Positions 19,187 to 25,989 of a DNA stretch of 32,000 bases are shown here, piece after piece; position 1 is the stretch's first letter, and every line of letters starts with the position of its first letter. The notes beneath the pieces are model-generated. The model worked only from the letters and a program-made list of their open reading frames with translations. It was not told the DNA's origin and searched no databases. Position numbers and translations under genes: made by a program. The stretch spans positions 1,155,125-1,187,124 of the forward strand of contig PQXB01000001.1 in the NCBI GenBank assembly GCA_003194425.1. The letters run 5' to 3'. Source of the DNA: Candidatus Methanophagaceae archaeon. Lineage in GTDB: Archaea; Halobacteriota; Syntropharchaeia; Alkanophagales; Methanospirareceae.

Positions 19187-20479
19187 TCAATTAGATATAT
19201 CTAAAATCCACTCAATCCATCTAAGAACTGTTTGAGCTCTTCTTCTGTAAGTGGTTTCTGCATCAATATTGTATAATTTACATTGTTTCATAATATTGAC
19301 TACTTCGTCTTTCGTTGGAGGTTCTGATTTTTTAAGATAAAATTTTAGAGTTTCTTTAAATGGTTTGTGTTCAAGAATCTGTTTAACAATTGCTAAATTC
19401 TTTTCCTTGTGAGGCAAGGACATTATTTTCAATCCGTTTTTGGTTAATTTAACCCGGATTGTGTTGTCTTCATCCTTAAACTTCTCTATTAGTTCGAGAT
19501 ACCTGCCTGCATTAAAATAATAATCTGTTTGCCTTTTATCAAAATCGTAGTTTGATGTAATCTCTTCCTTGGATAATTCATTTTCAACTAACAAACCAAA
19601 TAAATCAATAATTCTACTAAATTTATCTGCTTGTGGAAAAGGAACTTCTGGCTCAGAAATTATTTTCGCTCTTTCTAAAATCAATTTAATATCTCCTAAA
19701 TTAATTGGCTCTGGAGCAATAATATAATCTCTTTGTTCAACAAGTTTTAATGAATTATAATTTTCCGCCTCCTCAAATTCATAAATAAAAAAACTAAAAA
19801 CATCGTTACTAAATGTCATAAAAATAGGAACTACCTTTTTTGAAACTCTTTCTTTCCACAACCTGTAGGGATAATAAATCTGCCTTATCAAGAAATCTTC
19901 ACATTTAGTATTTTTAGCTTCAATTAATGCAAGTTTTGTTTCGCTTTCAAATCCGCCATCAATCTCACATTGACTATTTTCTACATTAATTTCTCTTTTT
20001 TTCTTTTCTAATTCCTGTATTTTCACACTGATGCAGAAATTAAAAGTTTTTGTTGACATCCTCCCACTTACAGTTAACCAACACTCTTCACCTCCTAAAA
20101 CATCCTGAATAATCCTGCTCGCATACGCACAGTTTAAAGCGGCAGATTCAGAGTAAATATTATTATAATCTAAACTCTCCAAATCTTCCCTTTTAGGAAC
20201 AGGAACTGCTTTAACCTTCTTTGAATATTCCACTTTTTGGTACGCCTCAAATTTTGCGATGACATAACTTCCTCTCGTTAAAGGAAGAACAGATAAATTA
20301 TTCTCTTGAAAAATTTGAGGTAAATTGGTTTTATGATCAAAGTTAGTCATCAATCTACTCTCTCGAAATTCATTAATTTGTTTAGAATTTATGGTGTAAC
20401 AACCATTTTGGGCAATTTCATCTAAAATGTTATATTTTTCAAATAGCTTTGCCCAAGCCAAGTCATTTTTAGATTTCAT
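19187..20479 (-). CDS. Putative type II restriction endonuclease (PD-(D/E)xK core plus C-terminal helical domain)
   Basis: 430 aa in very AT-rich DNA, overlapping the Dam-family MTase stop by 11 nt. The candidate catalytic motif is 'CEIDGGFESETKLALIEAKN' (D174...E187-x-K189; nt about 19913-19960). The C-terminal ~170 aa are helical and Lys-rich, possibly a wHTH-like DNA-binding module. Confidence 0.6.
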   Translation of the reverse strand: MKSKNDLAWAKLFEKYNILDEIAQNGCYTINSKQINEFRESRLMTNFDHKTNLPQIFQENNLSVLPLTRGSYVIAKFEAYQKVEYSKKVKAVPVPKREDLESLDYNNIYSESAALNCAYASRIIQDVLGGEECWLTVSGRMSTKTFNFCISVKIQELEKKKREINVENSQCEIDGGFESETKLALIEAKNTKCEDFLIRQIYYPYRLWKERVSKKVVPIFMTFSNDVFSFFIYEFEEAENYNSLKLVEQRDYIIAPEPINLGDIKLILERAKIISEPEVPFPQADKFSRIIDLFGLLVENELSKEEITSNYDFDKRQTDYYFNAGRYLELIEKFKDEDNTIRVKLTKNGLKIMSLPHKEKNLAIVKQILEHKPFKETLKFYLKKSEPPTKDEVVNIMKQCKLYNIDAETTYRRRAQTVLRWIEWILDISN

Positions 20480-21320
20480 AATTTCTCACTAAGACTTCGT
20501 CAACTTTACCCCTTTTAGCGGCGTCAGAATTAATATTTCGTGGAACTTTCACTATTTCTATGATGTAATCCTTATACAAATCCTTGATAAAATCTGTTGC
20601 CGAGTTAGAGAGCAGAAATTTCACTCCTTCTTTTTTGTTTAATTCATCGCAAAAATCTTTTAGTTTTTTCTGATCTTTTTTATCAAACCCGTGTAAATTA
20701 TACCCTGTAAAAGAAGCTGTATTTGAGACAGGGTCGTACGGCGGGTCCAAATAAACAAAACTCCCTTTCTTAATCTTGGGCAACAATTTCTCGAAAGATT
20801 CGTTTAAAATAATTATTTCGTTTTCGTTGAGGAATTTGCTAACCGCCCTTAGGACTTCGGCATTAATGAAATTAGGGTTTTTATATCCTCCAAAAGGGGC
20901 ATTAAATTGCCCTTGATTATTCACCCTAAACAAGCCATTAAAACAAGTTTTGTTCAGATAAATGACTCGTGCTGCTTTTTCTAGACTACTCAATTCATTG
21001 AATTTTTCCTTATCTCTGTCCAAGCCTCTTATTTTATAAAAATAGTCCGACTCATTTTTATGATTAGATAATATTTTAATTAATTCCTCAACATTCCCCT
21101 TTTTTTTTATTACCCGATAAACATTAATTACCTCAGTATTTATGTCATTTACTATTGCTTTTTTCGGTTGTAAAAAGAATAAAACTGCACCTCCCCCTAA
21201 GAAAGGCTCGTGATAAGTAGTAAATTTGGGAATTCGTCTAGTTATTTCAGGCAAGAGATACCTTTTTCCTCCTGCCCATTTTAAAAATGGGCGAACTAAT
21301 TTATTTTTACTTTTTATCAT
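20469..21320 (-). CDS. Dam-family (D12 class, alpha) N6-adenine DNA methyltransferase
   Basis: 'RPFLKWAGGKRYLLPEI', motif I 'YHEPFLGGGAVLF' and motif IV 'FVYLDPPY' are present. The start was set at the ATG at 21318-21320; the ORF-track start at 21323 is a TTG. Confidence 0.9.
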   Translation of the reverse strand: MIKSKNKLVRPFLKWAGGKRYLLPEITRRIPKFTTYHEPFLGGGAVLFFLQPKKAIVNDINTEVINVYRVIKKKGNVEELIKILSNHKNESDYFYKIRGLDRDKEKFNELSSLEKAARVIYLNKTCFNGLFRVNNQGQFNAPFGGYKNPNFINAEVLRAVSKFLNENEIIILNESFEKLLPKIKKGSFVYLDPPYDPVSNTASFTGYNLHGFDKKDQKKLKDFCDELNKKEGVKFLLSNSATDFIKDLYKDYIIEIVKVPRNINSDAAKRGKVDEVLVRNYEI

Positions 21321-21343
21321 CAAACATTTTTAAAATCATTTGT

Positions 21344-21353
21344 GTTTATAAAC
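21344..21353 (-). promoter_or_regulatory. TATA-like box upstream of the Dam-family MTase / nuclease pair
   Basis: The minus strand reads 'gtttataaac', 24-33 nt upstream of the ATG at 21320. This suggests that Dam plus nuclease form their own transcription unit, separate from the upstream MTase. Confidence 0.4.
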
Positions 21354-21389
21354 CTCCAGCGAGTCTATCCAGTGGTTTCTGTTCAGTGC

Positions 21390-22616
21390 CTAAAAAATGG
21401 AGCCACCTCCACAATCAAATTCTGAAATATTTAGCGGAAAGTGTTTTTTTATATTTTTCAAACTCGCCTCTCTAAACCGCTCTTTGTTAATTTCAATCCC
21501 AATCCCGACTCGCCCCAATTTCTTTGCTACGATTACCGCGGTGAAACTGCCTGCAAAAGGATCTAAAACACGCTCGCCCTTGTAAGAGAACATTCTAACC
21601 GCGAACTCTGGAATGTCTTCTGGGAAGGGCGCGGAGTGCCCCAAAACATTTTCGCCCCTGCTGTTGATTTTCACAACAGGCGAAAATCTAACAACATCTT
21701 TTCGCCATTTCTTAATGAACTCTCTCGGAATCTCGTGCTCTCTGGTTTGGCGGGACTGCGTCGTCAAAGTCTTCAACGAGAACCTCTTCCCGCGGTTGCT
21801 CTTGCTCCGCTCAAAGCATTCCAAATTCTTGCACTCCCAACTCTTGACTCCAATCTCGGACTGCGTGTTCCCGTTGACCTTCAACGCACCGCAGACGGGG
21901 CAGGGGTAGCGGGTGTTGTCGAGGCGGTGCTTGTGAAAGACTAAAATGTGCTCGTAGCAGTTCGCGGGGTACTGGTAGAAAGGGAACGGGCGGTTTTGGT
22001 TCTTGTGCCGCTCGCTCTGGACTTCGCCCTTGTCCCAGATAAAATCGTCGACGAAAGTAAAACCTGCCTCCTCAAAGATTTTTATAAAATACGCTCCGAG
22101 CGGCAGCCGCCGCCGACCCCAGACCGATTTTGTCGTTAGGTTGTCGTTGTCAAAAATATCGCCGACATTGAAGACAAAGACGCGGTGGTTCTCCAGCACT
22201 CTGTACGCCTGCCGAATAATTCTTCGCATCTCCTCCAAATATTCAGCGAGGTCTCGCCACTGCGAATATTCGCGGGCGTTGTAGTACGGCGGCGAGGTTA
22301 CCATTAAATGAACCGACTCGGATTTCATTCCTCGCAAAACCTCTTCGCAGTCGCCCCAAATTACTTTCACACCGTCGTCCTTCATTTCTACAAATTTCGA
22401 CAAATTCTCGTTAACGCTTTGGTACTGCTCTTGAAAATCTTCTTTGACAAAACGAATGTAAATCTCAGAGAATTTTTTAATCACCTCGTTACGATCTTCA
22501 TTCTTTAAACCACGCAAACAATCAACTTCTTCCAAGAAATCCTCTAAACGCTTTTTAGAGAAAGTTTTTACGAGGTAAGGTCTGCTTATTTCTAAAATCT
22601 TGTCTGCGTAAGTCAT
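21390..22616 (-). CDS. DNA methyltransferase, beta-class SPPY type, with internal Zn-ribbon insert and divergent motif I
   Basis: 408 aa. Motif IV is 'LMVTSPPYYNAREY'. A CxxC...CxxxxC segment 'CPVCGALKVNGNTQSEIGVKSWECKNLEC' lies at nt about 21816-21902. The motif I-like 'VLDPFAGSFTAVIVAKKLGRVGIGIEINKE' has Phe where the canonical GSG Gly sits. An N-terminal extension of about 90 aa is unassigned. Confidence 0.8.
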   Translation of the reverse strand: MTYADKILEISRPYLVKTFSKKRLEDFLEEVDCLRGLKNEDRNEVIKKFSEIYIRFVKEDFQEQYQSVNENLSKFVEMKDDGVKVIWGDCEEVLRGMKSESVHLMVTSPPYYNAREYSQWRDLAEYLEEMRRIIRQAYRVLENHRVFVFNVGDIFDNDNLTTKSVWGRRRLPLGAYFIKIFEEAGFTFVDDFIWDKGEVQSERHKNQNRPFPFYQYPANCYEHILVFHKHRLDNTRYPCPVCGALKVNGNTQSEIGVKSWECKNLECFERSKSNRGKRFSLKTLTTQSRQTREHEIPREFIKKWRKDVVRFSPVVKINSRGENVLGHSAPFPEDIPEFAVRMFSYKGERVLDPFAGSFTAVIVAKKLGRVGIGIEINKERFREASLKNIKKHFPLNISEFDCGGGSIF

Positions 22617-22638
22617 AATTGATACTTAATATTCTTAA

Positions 22639-22655
22639 TTTTATAGTATAAATAA
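22639..22655. promoter_or_regulatory. AT-rich TATA-like element positioned for both tRNA-Leu (+) and the divergent MTase gene (-)
   Basis: The element 'ttttatagtataaataa' is centred at about 22647. That is about 28 nt upstream of tRNA position 1 (22675) and about 31 nt upstream of the MTase ATG (22616). These distances are typical for an archaeal TATA-to-TSS spacing with short or leaderless transcripts. Confidence 0.45.
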
Positions 22656-22674
22656 TCAAGAAAAAGTTTTGTTT

Positions 22675-22757
22675 GCGGAGGTCGCCGAGTGGACAAAGGC
22701 GTGAGGTTCAGGGCCTCATCCCGCAGGGGTTCGGGAGTTCGAATCTCCCCCTCCGCA
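22675..22757 (+). tRNA. tRNA-Leu (anticodon CAG), class II with long variable arm
   Basis: Hand-folded. The acceptor GCGGAGG pairs with CCTCCGC, with discriminator A. The D-arm is GCCGAGTGGACAAAGGCG. The anticodon stem TGAGG/CCTCA has loop TTCAGGG (anticodon CAG). The variable arm is TCCCGCAGGGGT. The T-arm is GGGAG-TTCGAAT-CTCCC. No CCA is encoded. Confidence 0.9.
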
Positions 22758-24218
22758 TTTTGACCTTGACTTTCCTGCAGTCCTCACACTCTCAACAAAG
22801 TTCTCGGCGAACCCTGTGTAAGAAGCAGCGTGTAGGTGGGCGAAAGAAGCGAGGCAGTTCTTCGAGACAAGCCCGTCCAGCCCGTCTTTTATCCCCTCCC
22901 CTCGCAGCATCTTGTAAGCAAAACGCTGCTCTTCCTTCCCTGCCTCTTCCCTCGTGTCTCCGTCCTCGAGCAGAATTTCAGAGTGGTGGAACTCGTGCCC
23001 CTTGAACCGCTCGCCCCGTCTTCCCACGACGCAGTCGCTCCGAAACTCGCCCTCTACATAATTCACGACCCTCTTCTCTGTAAACCTCGCCGAGCCGTCC
23101 AACACGCCGCACATCTCAAAACTACCGCCCCCGTACTCAATCGTCTTCATCAAATACATCAAACCCCCGCACTCCGCGTAAATTACACCGCAACGCTCGT
23201 AAAACGCTTTAATCTCGTGCTGCATTTCCGGGTTCGAGGCGAGCTCCTCTGCGTAAATCTCAGGGAAACCGCCGCCTAAAAAAACTGCAGCCACACCCGC
23301 AGGAAGCTTTTTTTCCCGCAGCGGGCTGAAAAACACGAGCTCCGCACCCGCCAGAGCGAGCAAGTCCAGTGTGTCTTGGTAGTAGAAATTGAAAGCCTCG
23401 TCAAAAGCTACTGCAACTCTGACCTTCCTCCTTTTAGGTCTCTCGGCACGGAAAACCCTCGAACCCGCCGGCTGCGTCCGCAAGGGAGACGCAGACCTCG
23501 CAACCTCAAGAAACGCCTCTAAATCCACATTCTGCTCCACCGTCTTTTTTATCCGCTCCAAAACGCTCTTAAAATCGCTCCACCGCTCTTTGCACTCCGT
23601 AGCAGTCGTCAAGCCAAGATGCCGCATTGAAATTCCCAAGTCGCTCCTGCGTGGAATCCTGCCAAGCACTTTTACGCCGCAGTACTTCTCCACCGCCTTC
23701 GCCGCCTTCTCTCCGTGCCGTTCGCTCCCAATTCGGTTTAGAATTACGCCTGAAATCTGAACTTCGGGGTCGAAACTTTGGTAGCCGCTGACGAGTGCTG
23801 CCACGCTCCTCGTGATGCTGCCTGCGTCAATTAGAAGCACGACAGGGCAGTCCAGAATCTTGGCGACCTGTGCCGTGCTTCCCACATCGTCGGCGTAGTT
23901 CAAGCCCTCGTAAAGCCCTCGCACACCCTCTACAACCGCAACCTCTGCAGCAGAGCCCCCAGTACCTCTGTTCGCACCACTGCACGCCCGCGCAAAAATC
24001 TCCTTCACTACCTCGGGCGACATCAAGAAACCGTCCAGATTCCGTGACGGCCTGCCCGAGACCAAAGTGTGAAAGCCAGGGTCAATGTAGTCCAGCCCGA
24101 CCTTGAACCCCTGAACCTCAAGCCCCCGCTCCCGTAAGGCACTCAGCAGCCCAATGCAGACCGTAGTCTTCCCCGCCGAACTTCTGTCCCCTGCGACCAA
24201 CACTCGTGGAATATTCAT
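22716..24218 (-). CDS. Cobyrinate / Ni-sirohydrochlorin a,c-diamide synthase (CbiA/CobB/CfbB family)
   Basis: 500 aa. It has the N-terminal P-loop 'VLVAGDRSSAGKTTVCIGLLSAL' and a C-terminal GATase with 'AECGGLMYL' and 'GHEFHHSE'. The last ~14 codons run antisense through tRNA-Leu. Confidence 0.85.
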   Translation of the reverse strand: MNIPRVLVAGDRSSAGKTTVCIGLLSALRERGLEVQGFKVGLDYIDPGFHTLVSGRPSRNLDGFLMSPEVVKEIFARACSGANRGTGGSAAEVAVVEGVRGLYEGLNYADDVGSTAQVAKILDCPVVLLIDAGSITRSVAALVSGYQSFDPEVQISGVILNRIGSERHGEKAAKAVEKYCGVKVLGRIPRRSDLGISMRHLGLTTATECKERWSDFKSVLERIKKTVEQNVDLEAFLEVARSASPLRTQPAGSRVFRAERPKRRKVRVAVAFDEAFNFYYQDTLDLLALAGAELVFFSPLREKKLPAGVAAVFLGGGFPEIYAEELASNPEMQHEIKAFYERCGVIYAECGGLMYLMKTIEYGGGSFEMCGVLDGSARFTEKRVVNYVEGEFRSDCVVGRRGERFKGHEFHHSEILLEDGDTREEAGKEEQRFAYKMLRGEGIKDGLDGLVSKNCLASFAHLHAASYTGFAENFVESVRTAGKSRSKCGGGDSNSRTPAG

Positions 24219-24294
24219 ATTTCATATTCTTATATTTCTTAAAATTTAGTCTTAGCACAAAATAAAAACACGAAAGACTAAAAATAAAATAAAA

Positions 24295-25782
24295 ATGAAC
24301 CTACGGGTGAGAAAGATTTACGAGGCTTTGTTTGCACTTGAGGACTTGCGGGAGATTTTTAGGCAGGCGTTGCCTACAGCCGCAGCCACAGGAACAGCCA
24401 CAACCGCAGCCACAGGAACAGCCCTCGACGAAAGCGGCGAGGAAGAACTCGCAGACGGCATTGCCCGTGTAGAAGCCATTTTGAGAGAATTGAAATATGG
24501 AAAGGGAAGTCCGATTAAGCACATTGACGCCGAGGGAAGGATTGAACTGCGGACGCGAGAGGAGGAGTTCATAAATATTAATTCCATTCAACCCGGCGGG
24601 CGACTGACGCCGGCAGCGAGGAAAGCACTCATCGCGTACGGCGACGGCTACTCGGTCTGCGACAAATGTCTGGGCGGCAGGCTTGACGGAATTAGAAAAC
24701 CGCCGGTGGAAGAATTTCACGCAGAACTCGCTGAGTTCGTTGGAATGGACGAGGTAAGGGTCGTGCCGGGCGCGAGACGCGGGTTTCAGGCGGTTGCCTC
24801 CTCGCTGCTTGGGAAACGGACGGGCGAGGGGACGGGTAAAGGGACGGGCAAAGGGACGGGCAAAGGGACGGGCAAAGGGACGGGCGAGGGCGACATCGTC
24901 TTGGTCTCGGATTTGGCGCACTACACGGAGTTTCTCGCGGTAGAACTTGCGGGCGGCGTGGTTAGAGAAGTGCCTTCGGGCGAGGCGAAGAAAATTACCG
25001 GAGACGCAGTGGCGGAGGAGGTGGAGCGAGTGAAGTCAGAGACAGGCAGACTGCCAAAACTCATTATTCTCGAGCATTTTGACTACAACTTCGGGAACGA
25101 GCACGACGTCTACGGCGTAGGGAAGGTTGCGAAGGACTACGGCGTCCCGTTTCTCTACAACGGCGCCTACTCGGTCGGGATGGTGCCAGTGGACGGTAAG
25201 AAAATCGGGGCGGACTTCGTCGTCGGCTCGGGGCACAAAGGAATGGCTGCGGTCGCTCCCTCGGGCATTCTCGCAGTCACTGAAGAGTGGGCGCCGAAAA
25301 TATTCAGGAGCAGCCAAATCGTCGGCGACCTCACGGGCAGGCGGTTCGGGAACAAGGAGCCGGAGATGCTGGGTTGCACTTTGATGGGTGGGACTCTGCT
25401 CTCATTGATGGCTTCGTTTCCGACGGTGAAGGAGCGAGTGAATCGGTGGGACGAGGAGGTGAAAAAGTCAAACTACTTCTGCCGCGAGTTCCTACGCGTC
25501 GCGGGCAGCAAAATCTCGAGCGAGCTCCCCCGCAAGCACACGCTCACAAAGGTCGACACCCGCGAGAGCTTCGACACGGTCGCGAGGACGCACAAGCGCC
25601 GCGGGTTCTTTCTCAGCGACGAACTGAAGCGAAGAGGAGTCGTTGGCGAGTTCGCAGGCTCGACGCGGGTCTGGAAATTCAACACCTACGGCTTGAACTG
25701 GGCAAGGCTGAAATATTTGGGCGAGGTGTTCGTGGAAATCGCGGAGAAGTACGGGCTGGTGGAGGGGGCTGGTGGAGGGTAG
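24295..25782 (+). CDS. O-phosphoseryl-tRNA(Cys):Cys-tRNA synthase (SepCysS) with N-terminal extension
   Basis: 'NINSIQPGGRLTPAARKAL', 'HYTEFLAVELAGG' and the PLP-lysine region 'VVGSGHKGMAAVAPSGILAV' are present. The ~95-aa N-terminal extension and a (GTGK)n insert are not part of the conserved core. Confidence 0.85.
   Translation: MNLRVRKIYEALFALEDLREIFRQALPTAAATGTATTAATGTALDESGEEELADGIARVEAILRELKYGKGSPIKHIDAEGRIELRTREEEFININSIQPGGRLTPAARKALIAYGDGYSVCDKCLGGRLDGIRKPPVEEFHAELAEFVGMDEVRVVPGARRGFQAVASSLLGKRTGEGTGKGTGKGTGKGTGKGTGEGDIVLVSDLAHYTEFLAVELAGGVVREVPSGEAKKITGDAVAEEVERVKSETGRLPKLIILEHFDYNFGNEHDVYGVGKVAKDYGVPFLYNGAYSVGMVPVDGKKIGADFVVGSGHKGMAAVAPSGILAVTEEWAPKIFRSSQIVGDLTGRRFGNKEPEMLGCTLMGGTLLSLMASFPTVKERVNRWDEEVKKSNYFCREFLRVAGSKISSELPRKHTLTKVDTRESFDTVARTHKRRGFFLSDELKRRGVVGEFAGSTRVWKFNTYGLNWARLKYLGEVFVEIAEKYGLVEGAGGG
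24381..24422. repeat. 24-nt tandem repeat x1.75 (cgcagccacaggaacagccacaac), encodes AATGTATT AATGTA in the SepCysS N-terminal extension
   Basis: Copies lie at 24381-24404 and 24405-24422. Confidence 0.9.
24817..24888. repeat. 12-nt tandem repeat x6 (gggacgggcaaa), encodes (GTGK)n in SepCysS
   Basis: Units lie at 24817, 24829, 24841, 24853, 24865 and 24877. The three central units are perfect. Confidence 0.97.
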
Positions 25783-25872
25783 GGGGAGGGGTAAGGGAAG
25801 GGTAGAGCAGGGCAGGAGAGCCAGCAGGGTAAAAAACTTTTAGCAGAAACTCTTTCTTTAGAAGAGAGTGCA

Positions 25873-25944
25873 GCCCCAGTGTGGTAAGGGAAATCCGTTG
25901 GGCTTGCGGAGCCTAACATCCGGGTTCGACTCCCGGCTGGGGCA
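25873..25944 (+). tRNA. tRNA-Arg (anticodon GCG)
   Basis: Hand-folded. The acceptor GCCCCAG pairs with CTGGGGC, with discriminator A. The anticodon stem TGGGC/GCCTA has loop TTGCGGA (anticodon GCG). The T-arm is CCGGG-TTCGACT-CCCGG. The variable loop is 4 nt. The D-stem is weak (3 bp plus a mismatch). Confidence 0.8.
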
Positions 25945-25954
25945 CTGCACTGCT

Positions 25955-25989
25955 TACCTGCGGTGCTACCTGCCGACTACCTGCGGTGC
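25955..25989. repeat. 12+11+12-nt direct repeat (tacctgcggtgc / tacctgccgac / tacctgcggtgc) straddling the pyrK-pyrD stop codon
   Basis: Read directly from the sequence. The middle unit is 11 nt and contains the stop codon complement (cta at 25977-25979). Confidence 0.85.
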
